Below, piece after piece: positions 52,063 to 61,499 of a stretch of 64,000 nt of DNA (positions within the stretch are counted from its first letter, which is position 1; every line of letters starts with the position of its first letter). The stretch lies in NCBI GenBank assembly GCA_965221125.1, contig CBDCRW010000004.1:608001-672000 (forward strand), read 5' to 3'. The translations under genes and the position numbers were made by a program. The stretch comes from Alphaproteobacteria bacterium. GTDB taxonomy: Bacteria > Pseudomonadota > Alphaproteobacteria > UBA828. The notes below the pieces were generated by a model. It ran no database searches. It was given only the letters and a program-made list of their open reading frames with translations, and had not been told where the DNA came from.

Positions 52063-52296
52063 TCAGCGCAAGGCGCGGGCGATATGGCCCGCATAGACGC
52101 CGACGGCCCGCCAGTAGCAGGCCATGGGACCCTTGTGCCGGCGCCACTGGAGCTCGGCGCGGTGCTGCGCGTCCTTGCGGAGGTCAAGCAGGGTCAGCCG
52201 TAGGGCGTGGCGCGCGGAAGGCGGCAGCGACCGGAAGCGCGCGAGCCAGGCGTGTTTCAGGTCGGCGTCGGCGCGGTGGATGACGGAGCGCGACAT
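52063..52296 (-). CDS. Small conserved hypothetical protein
   Basis: 77 aa with KGPMACYWRAV..YA.HIARAL. Confidence 0.6.
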   Translation of the reverse strand: MSRSVIHRADADLKHAWLARFRSLPPSARHALRLTLLDLRKDAQHRAELQWRRHKGPMACYWRAVGVYAGHIARALR

Positions 52297-52300
52297 GGGG

Positions 52301-52489
52301 CTAACCGGAGAGCCGGTCGGCGCGCTCTGCGGCGATCGCCTCGCGATTCATTTCGGCCTGCTCGGCCCGGTCCTCGGCCGTGAGGCCGTCGGCGTCGGTC
52401 GGCTGCTAGGACGTCGAGCCGCAGCCGGGGCACCAGAGGATGTTGTGCTCGGGTCCGCGGTCGCCGCAGTCGGTGCATTTCCAGCCCAT
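52301..52489 (-). pseudogene. Small Zn-ribbon protein with an internal amber stop
   Basis: AGGAG SD; MGWKCTDC..WCPGCGSTS* then continues in frame to TAG 52301. The internal TAG is at 52406-52408. Confidence 0.5.
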
Positions 52490-53374
52490 GCCGGTCTCCT
52501 TTCGGTGTGAATTGGCTTCCCCGAAACGTCTCTCTCCTCATGGGAGCGCGCGGCGCCCGGGCGGAGGGGAGAAACACCGCCCGGACGAAGCGCGAGATGC
52601 CGGATCACCTCCTTTCGCTGTGGAGCCTGCGGGGCGAGAAACCGTCGCCGGGCAGGGGTGCGGCGCGAGTCCTCCCGCCCCGACCCCGCCGGACCACCCC
52701 CGGCCGGCTGACCGGACTCCCGCCGGCGCGAGGCGCGCCGGGGAAACCCGGCGCGGGACGTGCGGCGCCGTCAGACGAAATACTCGCCTGCCGCCGTGAA
52801 GGTGGACTCGTTGGCAGTGAGGGTCTCGTCGATCGCCTCGTCCGAGGTCAGGTGCTCGTACTCGGCGCGAAGCTGGCGGTAGAGCCAGCGCGCGAGATCG
52901 CGCATGGCCTCGATCACCGTGTCCTCGGCACCGTCAGTCGGCGGCTGCCAGGTCGCGCTGTCGCGCTCGACCTCGATGGACATGGTGTATTCGTGGTAGT
53001 AGCGGCCCTGCTGCCTGATGGTACTGTGCAGGGAATAGAAATTGCGCTTCTGGGCGGTCTGCAAGGCGTCGGCGATGCGGTGCAACTCGTCATCCCTGGG
53101 CGCGTGAGCGCGGATGGCGCGGGCCGCTCCCCGGGCGTGGGCATACGTACCTTCGAACGACGCTCCGTCTCCCTGCGACCAGAATCCGCTCCAATGCCGA
53201 TATCGGCATTGGAGCGGTTGAACCGAGAACAGGACTATGCCGCGTTCGTCAGCTAAGGCATTGATTTCCCCCACAATGGTGTAGGCGTTATCGGCATATT
53301 CACAGGGTTGGTTGCGCGTCCGGATTTCCTGATGGTCCTTCTCTCCCTTCACCACGAAGGGAGAGAAGCGAACA

Positions 53375-54619
53375 ATGTCGAACGTCGAGAAGTCTTCGAA
53401 GCCGAGCGAGACGGGCTGGCTCATGCCGTACCGGCACGCCTACCTGGGCGAACTCGACAAGCTCGGTTACACCGCGCGTACGATCAGCAGGCACGCGGCG
53501 AGCGTAAACGCCTTCATCGCACAGGTGGACCTTCGCCAAGTCGGTTCAGGAGAGATCGACGCAACCGCGCTCGCGGAGGTTCGAGCTGCTGTTCCCGAAC
53601 TGCGGTCGACCGACGAGCAACGCCAACGCCGGTGGTGCATCGCGCAGTTCACGGCCTGGCTCGCAAGTACCGGCGTAATCGACCCGCTGATACCTCCTCC
53701 TCCGCCGGCACCGGGATCGCTGGAACACCTCACGGCTGCATACGGCGACTGGATGCGTCAACAGCAGGGACTGGGCGAGGGAACGATTGAGGTTCGCGAG
53801 TCTGCTCTCAGGCGCTTCATGGCCTTCCGCTTCGGTGCCGTCCCGGGCGATCTGGATGACATCACCGCGGATGACATCAGGGGATTCCTCAACCTGCCCT
53901 CAGCGCGGAAAGGGCACGGGCCCGGAATAATCACGCGGGCATCGCACCTGCGGAACATCTTCAGGTTCCTGTACGCAACCGGTCGCACTCGGCTGAACCT
54001 CGCCCTCTGCGTTCCCGGCATCCCGAGACGGGCCCCGCGCCTATCACGCCACCTGTCCGCCGGCGAGGTACGGCAACTGGTCGACGCGGTTCACGAGGAC
54101 AACGGCTTCGGCCGACGTAACCGCGCGATGCTGCTTCTGATGGCGCGGCTCGGGCTGCGACCCAAGGAGGTGGCCGCAATACGGCTCGACGACATCAACT
54201 GGGCGGCGGGGGAAATCGTCGTCCGCGGCAAGGGCGGGCAGCACGAGCGCATGCCGCTCCCCACCGATGTCGGAGAGGCCATCGTTGCCTACATCTGCGA
54301 TGGCCGTGCCGGCAACACGCGGCATCTGTTTGTCTCCGCGCGAGCTCCCCACAGGCCGGTGACATCCCAGACAATCAACAGGACGCTCAGCCGGGCCTTC
54401 GCAAGGACAGAGCTGGAGCCGCCCAACGGCGAGATCCGGTGCCACCTAATGCGCCATTCCCTGGCCGTCGCCATGCTGGGCCGAGGCGCATCGCTGGGGG
54501 AAGTGGGCGAGGTGCTGCGCCACCGCTCCCTTCGGACGACTACGACCTACGCCCGCTACGACTTCCAGGCCCTGCGGTCGGTCGCCCGCCCGTGGCCGGT
54601 GCCGGGAGAGAGCCGATGA
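53375..54619 (+). CDS. RIT tyrosine recombinase A
   Basis: LGLRPKEV, HLMRHSLA and LRHRS..TTTYA motifs. Confidence 0.9.
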   Translation: MSNVEKSSKPSETGWLMPYRHAYLGELDKLGYTARTISRHAASVNAFIAQVDLRQVGSGEIDATALAEVRAAVPELRSTDEQRQRRWCIAQFTAWLASTGVIDPLIPPPPPAPGSLEHLTAAYGDWMRQQQGLGEGTIEVRESALRRFMAFRFGAVPGDLDDITADDIRGFLNLPSARKGHGPGIITRASHLRNIFRFLYATGRTRLNLALCVPGIPRRAPRLSRHLSAGEVRQLVDAVHEDNGFGRRNRAMLLLMARLGLRPKEVAAIRLDDINWAAGEIVVRGKGGQHERMPLPTDVGEAIVAYICDGRAGNTRHLFVSARAPHRPVTSQTINRTLSRAFARTELEPPNGEIRCHLMRHSLAVAMLGRGASLGEVGEVLRHRSLRTTTTYARYDFQALRSVARPWPVPGESR

Positions 54620-55563
54620 CGACCTTCATCGAACACCTCGAAGAATACATCGCCGAACGTCGTCATTACGGCGGTGACTGGTCTGTCGTCCAATGGAACT
54701 TGCGCCCGTTGGCCGCCTTCGCAGATGCCGAGGGTGCGGAATGGATTACGGTTGACCTGATCCTGCGCTGTAAGGAGCAGTACCTTCCTGCGAGTTCCAT
54801 AAGTTGGAGCAACCGGCTGAGCTCGGCGCGCGGCTTTACGGCTTGGCTCAAGGCCCGTGACCCCCGAACGGAAGTCCCACCCAAGGGGCTGGTTCCCAGG
54901 CGTTATCAGCGCCCGGCACCCTACATCTACTCCGATGACGAGATCGTCCAGATCGTCACCGAGGCCGCGAAGCTGCCGTCTCCGCGTGGGTTACTAGGAA
55001 AGACCCTTGCCACACTGTTCGGCCTGCTGGCTGCTAGCGGGCTGCGAATCGGCGAGGCACTCGGGCTTGACGATCGGGACGTCGACCTCGACGCCGCCGT
55101 CCTGCATGTAAGCAACGCCAAGAACGGCGATGGCCGATTTATCCCGATAACGGACTGTACTGCCGATCGCCTCAGCACCTACCGCGGCGAGCGGAACCGG
55201 GTTCTCGGCACCGCGCCGACAGCGTTCTTCACCAGCGACAGCGGGAAACGGCTGAGAAAACTTACGGCGGAGCAGAAGTTCGCAAGGCTCGGTCAGGCGA
55301 TCGGCCTGCGGGAGACACCGGTCGGAGGCGGATATGGCCGCGGTCCCCGCCTCCACGACATGCGTCACACCTTTGCCACCAAGACGATTATCGACTGGTT
55401 CCGAGCGGGACGCGACCCTGACCATGAGATGTACAAGTTGAGCACATACCTGGGCCACAAGGATCCGACTGGGACCTACTGGTACATCGAGGCGGTGCCC
55501 GAACTCCTGCAACTCGTCAGTGAGCGCGCCGAGCGGAGCTTCACCGAAGGAGAGGCATCATGA
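54616..55563 (+). CDS. RIT tyrosine recombinase B
   Basis: SGLRIGEA, LHDMRHTFA and YLGH..TYWY motifs; ATGA overlap with A. Confidence 0.9.
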   Translation: MTTFIEHLEEYIAERRHYGGDWSVVQWNLRPLAAFADAEGAEWITVDLILRCKEQYLPASSISWSNRLSSARGFTAWLKARDPRTEVPPKGLVPRRYQRPAPYIYSDDEIVQIVTEAAKLPSPRGLLGKTLATLFGLLAASGLRIGEALGLDDRDVDLDAAVLHVSNAKNGDGRFIPITDCTADRLSTYRGERNRVLGTAPTAFFTSDSGKRLRKLTAEQKFARLGQAIGLRETPVGGGYGRGPRLHDMRHTFATKTIIDWFRAGRDPDHEMYKLSTYLGHKDPTGTYWYIEAVPELLQLVSERAERSFTEGEAS

Positions 55564-56555
55564 CTTCGTACCCGCTCCCCATCCTCGTGGAACGCTTCTT
55601 TACCGACCGCCTCGCGAACCAGTTGGACGCCACGCCCAACACGGTGGACAGCTATCGCCGTAGCTTCGTGCTGCTTCTGAGGTTCGCACGTGACCGTCTC
55701 GGCCGCGATCCAACTGACATGCTTGTCACCGACATTGATGCCGAGCTCGTCGGGGAGTTCCTCGACCACATCGAAACCGAGCGCGGCAACACTGCCCGCA
55801 GTCGCAACACCAGACTGACAGCGGTCCGCTCCTTCTTCAGCTTCGTTGCCATCAACGAACCGGGGCTCCTCCACCACTGCCAACAGGTGCTCGCCCTGCC
55901 CGCAAAGCGCTACGAGCGGCCGGCGCTCTCGTATCTTGAGCACGACGAGATCGAGGCGCTCCTCGCTGCCCCCAATATTGCGACATGGTACGGGCGGCGG
56001 GACAGGACCATCCTCCACCTCTTCGTGCAGACCGGCCTGAGGGTCTCGGAGTTGATCGGCCTCGACTGTGGTGATGTCGATCTCGGAACCGGCGCCCATG
56101 TCAGCTGCTGCGGCAAGGGACGCAAGCGACGGAAAACGCCTTTGAGGAAGGACACGGTGGAGTCGCTCCAGGGCTGGCTTGAGGAACGCGGCGGAGCCGA
56201 TGACCAGCCATTGTTCGTGAGCAACCGCAACGGTCGTCTCAGCCGGGACGCGGTCGAGCGAATCGTCCACAAGTACGCCGCGCTGGCATCCAAGGAATGT
56301 CCAGCGCTCAAGGGCAAGAGGATAAGTCCCCACTGCCTTCGACACACTGCGGCGATGACGCTGCGTCACCGCGGTGTCGGCGGCACGTTGATCGCGCTGT
56401 ACCTGGGGCACGAGTCTGTCGCGACGACGAGCATCTACCTTCACGCGGACATGAAACTGAAGGAGAAAGTCCTGGAACGGACGAAGCCGATTGAGGCGCC
56501 GAGCGGACGATACAGGCCCGGAGACGCGCTTCTGGCGTTCCTCGAATCCCTATGA
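55560..56555 (+). CDS. RIT tyrosine recombinase C
   Basis: TGLRVSEL, SPHCLRHT and YLGHES..TSIY motifs; ATGA overlap with B. Confidence 0.9.
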   Translation: MTSYPLPILVERFFTDRLANQLDATPNTVDSYRRSFVLLLRFARDRLGRDPTDMLVTDIDAELVGEFLDHIETERGNTARSRNTRLTAVRSFFSFVAINEPGLLHHCQQVLALPAKRYERPALSYLEHDEIEALLAAPNIATWYGRRDRTILHLFVQTGLRVSELIGLDCGDVDLGTGAHVSCCGKGRKRRKTPLRKDTVESLQGWLEERGGADDQPLFVSNRNGRLSRDAVERIVHKYAALASKECPALKGKRISPHCLRHTAAMTLRHRGVGGTLIALYLGHESVATTSIYLHADMKLKEKVLERTKPIEAPSGRYRPGDALLAFLESL

Positions 56556-56870
56556 ATATGCCGATAACTCTGGCGCAGCTCTGAGTGAAATCAATGCCTT
56601 AGGCCGTGAACGCGGCATAGTCCAGTTCTCGGCATATCCGGTCCAGAACAAGTGCGGCTTGTCCCGCGTTCCGCCGCCATAGAGGCGCACCGGGCTGGTG
56701 CGCAGCGTCACGCCGAGGATTCCGCATATCGTCTGGAAATCCTCGTAGACGAAATCGTACCACTCGTAGTCGAGGCAGGACTCGCGATACCAGGCGCGGG
56801 CGGCTTCCTTCGCGGCGTCCGAAAGCTCGTCGATCGTGTAGACCGTGATCTCGACGACCTGGGGCATGGG

Positions 56871-57404
56871 TCAACACTCCTCGGGACGGGGGTTGCGGGG
56901 GATGCTGCCGCCGGCGACGCGCACGAACCGGACCGCCTCCTGGATGCGGCGGAGCGCGACGCGGTCGTGATCGGGATTGGCGCGGGACCAGGTGACCGGC
57001 CGGCGCGCGTACCAGGCTCCCGAATCCGCAACCTGCCCTTCGGCGTATGCGACGAAGTGTTTGCTGGCTGAAATCGCCCACGTCCCGGCGGGTGCGGCGT
57101 CGAGGAAGGTGCCGAGCGTGATCGCGCGTACGTCAAAGGGAACATCCGCGAAGATGCGCTCCCAGACTTCCTCCCGCCGGGCGAAACGGCGGTTGCGGTA
57201 TTTCGGATGGCGGAGAGCGTAATCCGGCGTCCAACCGAACTCCGCCAGCGCGGCGGCGAGCTCGTCGATGAAGACGCCGTTGACCGAGGGGCGGTCGAAC
57301 AGGCGGCGGATGACGGCGGCGGCCTCGTGGGTGAGCACGCCGGCGATCGCGGAAATCGCGGACGGGCCGCACTTCGTGGCGCGGCCGGTGATGCGGTGGA
57401 GCAT
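56871..57404 (-). CDS. Hypothetical protein
   Basis: 177 aa in operon order; CGP.AI near the N-terminus and a later H.VA..D, a possible peptidase-like triad. Confidence 0.55.
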   Translation of the reverse strand: MLHRITGRATKCGPSAISAIAGVLTHEAAAVIRRLFDRPSVNGVFIDELAAALAEFGWTPDYALRHPKYRNRRFARREEVWERIFADVPFDVRAITLGTFLDAAPAGTWAISASKHFVAYAEGQVADSGAWYARRPVTWSRANPDHDRVALRRIQEAVRFVRVAGGSIPRNPRPEEC

Positions 57405-57575
57405 GGCGGTCTCCGTGCTGGAACGGACATGGCGGGAGTCCGGCGCGGGGGGTCCTCCCGCGCGGGCCCGCCGGCCTGCCCTGCGCCGGCTGTCCGGACT
57501 CCGGGCGGCGAGAGGCGTGAAGAAGGGGAAGGTGCGCCGGCGCGGGCGGCGGAAGGCTCAGGCCGCCGGCCGGGA

Positions 57576-58052
57576 TCACCAGCGCTGCGCGTCGAGGTGG
57601 CGCAGCGCGGCGGCGGTGAGCTCGCGAATCTCGGCGTAGGAACGCTCGTCGGAATCGTTCCACTCGATGAGGCTGTTGAGGTGCGGCTCGAAATCCGCTG
57701 CGTCCTGTTCCCGGGCGCTGGTGTCGATGCCGGCGAGCCGGGTGTAGACGGCGCAGATGGTCTCGGAGGCCTCGCCGGTATGGGACGGGTCGTAGTGGAG
57801 CACCGAACCGGTGTGGATGCGGATGGCCGCGCCGAGGCAGAAGCAGCGCGGGCTCTCCGGCGAGGCGAGGCGGAACGCGGGACGGTGGCGAACCTCGTCG
57901 TTGTCGACGACATGGAAGCCGCCGTCGAACTCGATGACGTCGCCGTCGTCGTCGCGGCCCCACCCACCCTGGTGCCAGCGCTTGGGGAGGTCGAAGGTTT
58001 CGTGGACGCGGCGGGCGATCTCGAGCTGCTGCTCGGGGCTGAGAATCGGCAT
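57576..58052 (-). CDS. Hypothetical protein (DUF6197-like)
   Basis: W.QG..CL.AAI..WND..R motif pattern; GGAG SD. Confidence 0.55.
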   Translation of the reverse strand: MPILSPEQQLEIARRVHETFDLPKRWHQGGWGRDDDGDVIEFDGGFHVVDNDEVRHRPAFRLASPESPRCFCLGAAIRIHTGSVLHYDPSHTGEASETICAVYTRLAGIDTSAREQDAADFEPHLNSLIEWNDSDERSYAEIRELTAAALRHLDAQRW

Positions 58053-58104
58053 GGTCGTTGCTCCCGTGAATGGGTGCGGCGGGTGGAGAGGGGCGGAAGC
58101 GCGC

Positions 58105-58521
58105 TCAGTCGTCTTCGGGCCACATGATGGTGATGACGGGCTCATCCTGGTCCCCGCCGCCGATCGCCACGATGGGGCAGTGCCTGCGGGGTGGCCGGTT
58201 GCTGTCGCGAAGGTCCTTGCGGATATCGCGCACCAGCACGCACATGGTCACGCGGTCGCTGTTCGAGGCGCGGAGCGCGTAGTAGCGCGCCATCCAGAGC
58301 ACGTCCCAGAGACGCCCGCGCTCGTCCTGGTAACCGCGGTATCCGTCGGGCAGGGCGACCAGGCGTTCCCACACGGCGCGAGAGAGTGCGACGGGAATCC
58401 TGAACCCCGCCTCGCGCGCGGTCTCGGAGACATCGACGAGGACGCCGTCCTCGATCGCCTGGGCGCGAGTGTAGGAGAAGATCACGGGACCGAATGGGGA
58501 GGCGTTGGCGGGTTCGGGCAT
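58105..58521 (-). CDS. Conserved mobile-element protein (DUF6573-like)
   Basis: YTRAQAIEDGVLVDV..GRLWDVL..VITIM.PED. Confidence 0.7.
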   Translation of the reverse strand: MPEPANASPFGPVIFSYTRAQAIEDGVLVDVSETAREAGFRIPVALSRAVWERLVALPDGYRGYQDERGRLWDVLWMARYYALRASNSDRVTMCVLVRDIRKDLRDSNRPPRRHCPIVAIGGGDQDEPVITIMWPEDD

Positions 58522-58569
58522 GGTCGGGCTCCTTGCGGATGAGAGAAGGAAGCGGTGGCTGCGGGCCGG

Positions 58570-59325
58570 TCAGAGAAGCCCCAGCGCCTGGAAGCTGACC
58601 GCGTTGCACGGGGCGACGATGACGTGGTCGAGCAGCGCGACGTCGATCGTCTTCAGCGCGTCGCGGATGCGGTTCGTCATGGCGATGTCCGCCCTGGACG
58701 GGTTCGGGTCCGAACTGGGATGGTTGTGAATTGCGATGACCGCGCTCGCCTGAAGCTCCAGCGCCCGCACGCAGATTTCGCGGGGATAGGCCGGCGTGTG
58801 GCAAACGGAGCCGCGCTGGTGGAGCTCGTCGGCGAGGAGCCTGTTCTTCCGGTCCAGGTGCAAGATCCGGAATTCCTCGACCTCGCGGTGCCCGGCGAGG
58901 GTGCGGCAGTACTCGATCACCTTGTCGTAGCTGCCGAGCGATGGGCGCACCGTGTCGGGCACCTCGGCCCTTGCCATGCGGATGCCGAGCGCTTCGGCGG
59001 CCTTGAGGGCGGCGACGGCGTCTTCCGGCAAGCCGTGCACGGTGTGCAGGCGGGCCGGCCGGGCGGCGAGGACGCGCGGCGCGGTGCCGAACATGTCGAG
59101 CAGGCTCGCGGCAAGTGCGCTTGCGTCGTCCACCGACGAGCACCCGGTGAGCAACAGCTCCAGCAGATCGCGGTCGTCGACAGCCTCGTGGCTGGCGCGC
59201 AGGAAGCGGCGCTGGAGTCGGCGGCGGCCCGCAGCCTGCCGGATGGACGCGGGCCCGGCAGGCAGGTCGTAAAGCGGCATCTCGTCGAAACCCGTCACGG
59301 GGTCGGGCATGGCGACATCCTCCAT
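58570..59325 (-). CDS. radC: RadC/JAB-domain protein
   Basis: EEF..L.LD.KN, YPRE and HNHPSSDPNPSRAD..LLDHVIV motifs. Confidence 0.9.
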   Translation of the reverse strand: MEDVAMPDPVTGFDEMPLYDLPAGPASIRQAAGRRRLQRRFLRASHEAVDDRDLLELLLTGCSSVDDASALAASLLDMFGTAPRVLAARPARLHTVHGLPEDAVAALKAAEALGIRMARAEVPDTVRPSLGSYDKVIEYCRTLAGHREVEEFRILHLDRKNRLLADELHQRGSVCHTPAYPREICVRALELQASAVIAIHNHPSSDPNPSRADIAMTNRIRDALKTIDVALLDHVIVAPCNAVSFQALGLL

Positions 59326-59356
59326 GGGGTCGAAGGGAAGCGGCGTGGACGCGGGG

Positions 59357-59590
59357 TCAGTGCGGCGTGTCGGCCTCCGGCATCGGGTCGGACGGGGCGA
59401 GATCGACCGCGACCCTGCCGTCGTGCACGATGATCGTGACGGTGCGGCCGGGCGGCATCAGCCAGAGCAGGTCGGTCCAGACGGCGCGGGCGATGGCGCG
59501 CTTGTGGGCGTCGTCGTCGGGCCCTTGCCGGGCGGGAACTCGGGATGCCGATCCGGGGGAACAGGCGGCAGGCATGGTGGCGAGCGTCAT
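59357..59590 (-). CDS. Small hypothetical protein
   Basis: GGAG before ATG 59590; fills the gap in the operon. Confidence 0.35.
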   Translation of the reverse strand: MTLATMPAACSPGSASRVPARQGPDDDAHKRAIARAVWTDLLWLMPPGRTVTIIVHDGRVAVDLAPSDPMPEADTPH

Positions 59591-59675
59591 GGTTGCGGTC
59601 TCCCATGGTTGCGGGTCGCCCCGGCGCGCGGCGGCGCCGGGGCGGCCTCGGGGTGGATGGAGGGCCGGCAGGCGG

Positions 59676-61412
59676 TCAGGCGCCGCCCGCCGCGTTCTCG
59701 ATGTCGGCAAGCGTCACGGTCACGTCGGGGCGGTGGATGCGGATGTCGACGGCGCGGCCCCTGGGCACGAACCAGAACAGCTCCCGCCGGACGACCTCGG
59801 CGATCGAGGTGCGGCAGGCCTCGTCATCGCTGAGCAGCAAGCGCGTCGCGAGGTGCAGCGCGTCCTCGTCGAAGCGGGCGAGCTGGGTCTCGTAGCTGTC
59901 CGCGCCGGCATCGTCCGACGGCGAGAAGAAGCCGTCGCGGAGCAGTGCGGCGAGTTCGTGGGGCTGGAGCGCGCTGTCTTTCGCGACCAGCGGAAGGGCG
60001 TCGTGGAGCCAGCTCCAGGCCTCGCCCGCGAAGGCGAGATCGGTCGGCAGGCCGAGGGTGGGCGCCGGGCCGTCCGCCGCCCGGACGGCGAGCGCGATGC
60101 GGACCGCTTCGGGCCTGGGCGGCAGCTCAGCGGCGGTCGGCCCCGTCCGCTCCGGCAGCGGCGCGTCGTCGATCGCGGAGGATTTCCCGTCCAGCACGAG
60201 CTCGGTCACGATCCCGGTCACCCGGTCGATGGCGTCATACCAGGCGTAGCCTTCGAGCCGGCGGTCGGCCTCGAACAGGCGCGGCGCGATGCCGTTGCGG
60301 TCGGCGGCGCGCCACAGCGCCTGCGCCTCGGGCGGATCGAGATCGCAGTCCATGACCAGCGCGTCCGCGCCTGCCGGGGCGAGCTTCGGCGGATCGCGCC
60401 AGTCGTCGACATTGGCGAGCGCGGGCCGCCAGGGGCGCAGCACGGCCGGCGACGGCGCGATGTCGATGCCGGCATCGCGCGCCCGCGTCCAGTCCTCGAA
60501 GGCCGGGCGCGGCGAGGGATCGGCCGCCATGGCGCGGTAGATCGCCCGCCGCGCGGCCTTGCGCATGTCCTTGAGGAAGGCGTTCTCGACCGCCTCCTTG
60601 CGGGCCGGCAGGACCAGTTCGAGATCGGGGCAATCGTCGACGTCCGCCAGGACGCTCCAGGTCGGACCGTGGACGGTGTCGACCGTGGGCAGGCCGACGG
60701 TCAGGGTGAGGCCGAAGAAGTTGAGGTCGGGGTTCCTGTAGCCGCTGCGGCGGTTCCTGAAGATGCCGAAGACGAGACCCTGCCATTGCTCGGCATGAAC
60801 CGCGCCGTCGAGGAAGGCGCGGCGGGAAAGATCTTCGGCTGCGGAGTCTCCGTCCGTGCCGTCCTCGAACACGACCGGCAGCGGGTAGTGCCGGGCGGCG
60901 TTCTCCGCGGCTGTCTTGATCGCCGCGGCAGCCTCGGTCGCCTCGAATGAAATCGACGTCCCCCAGGGATACGGGGCTTCATCGTCGGCCTGCACTTCGG
61001 CCCCGGCCTCGCCGAGAAAGTGCTCGGGCGTCAGTTGGACCCGCCAGCCGGTCGATACCTCGGCGGCGGATGAATGCGGCCTGGACGAAACGATGCAATT
61101 GCGGCGCGCCAGGCTGGCGAAGCCGAAGCCGGCGGCGTCCTCGCGCCGCACCAGCTCCCGGTCCCAGCCGTTCTCGCCGAAGCTGAGCAGGACGGCGGGA
61201 TCGGCGATGCCGGCGCCGTCGTCTGAAACGGTGACGGTGAGCGGCGTCTCGCCCGCGGTGGCGGCGGAAACCGAGATACGCACCCGCGTGGCGCTGGCGC
61301 GGCGGCTGTTCTGCAAGGTCTCGGCGAAGATGTCGGCGAGGGTGGCGGCGTAGATGCGGGTGACCCGCTTGACGGCGCTCTCGTGGATACGGGCGCGAAT
61401 GGTGCGGTTCAT
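59676..61412 (-). CDS. GHKL/HATPase_c-domain protein
   Basis: ETLQNSRRA, VSDDGAGI, GFG and GT GHKL motifs. Confidence 0.8.
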   Translation of the reverse strand: MNRTIRARIHESAVKRVTRIYAATLADIFAETLQNSRRASATRVRISVSAATAGETPLTVTVSDDGAGIADPAVLLSFGENGWDRELVRREDAAGFGFASLARRNCIVSSRPHSSAAEVSTGWRVQLTPEHFLGEAGAEVQADDEAPYPWGTSISFEATEAAAAIKTAAENAARHYPLPVVFEDGTDGDSAAEDLSRRAFLDGAVHAEQWQGLVFGIFRNRRSGYRNPDLNFFGLTLTVGLPTVDTVHGPTWSVLADVDDCPDLELVLPARKEAVENAFLKDMRKAARRAIYRAMAADPSPRPAFEDWTRARDAGIDIAPSPAVLRPWRPALANVDDWRDPPKLAPAGADALVMDCDLDPPEAQALWRAADRNGIAPRLFEADRRLEGYAWYDAIDRVTGIVTELVLDGKSSAIDDAPLPERTGPTAAELPPRPEAVRIALAVRAADGPAPTLGLPTDLAFAGEAWSWLHDALPLVAKDSALQPHELAALLRDGFFSPSDDAGADSYETQLARFDEDALHLATRLLLSDDEACRTSIAEVVRRELFWFVPRGRAVDIRIHRPDVTVTLADIENAAGGA

Positions 61413-61442
61413 GGGCGAACCTCCATGAAAGTGCGGAAACGG

Positions 61443-61480
61443 AAACGCCCCGCCGGCGACGTTGCGCTGGCGGGGCGTTC
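61443..61480 (-). terminator. Hairpin after parB
   Basis: aacgccccgcc..ggcggggcgtt stem followed by TTTCCGTTT on the minus strand. Confidence 0.5.
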
Positions 61481-61499
61481 TGGTCGGACCTGCGGGCTC

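Larger units (their letters stand above)
53194..56636 (+). mobile_element. RIT element (recombinases in trio)
   Basis: Three overlapping tyrosine recombinases; long terminal IRs (ccgagaac.ggactatgccgcgttc....ctaaggcattgatttc) and internal TATGCCG repeats; lower GC. Confidence 0.9.
52771..56867 (-). pseudogene. Conserved leading-region gene (often labelled 'antitoxin of TA stability system') split by the RIT element
   Basis: 5' part MPQVVEITVY..LFWTG (56867-56637) and 3' part WSGFWSQGDGASFEG..YFV (~53193-52771). Confidence 0.8.

Noticed and set aside
52771-53424. 217-aa ORF (and 56550..56867) as intact genes or a TA antitoxin
   Set aside because: They are the two halves of one gene split by the RIT. 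The extensions read through IR sequence, and no cognate toxin is evident.
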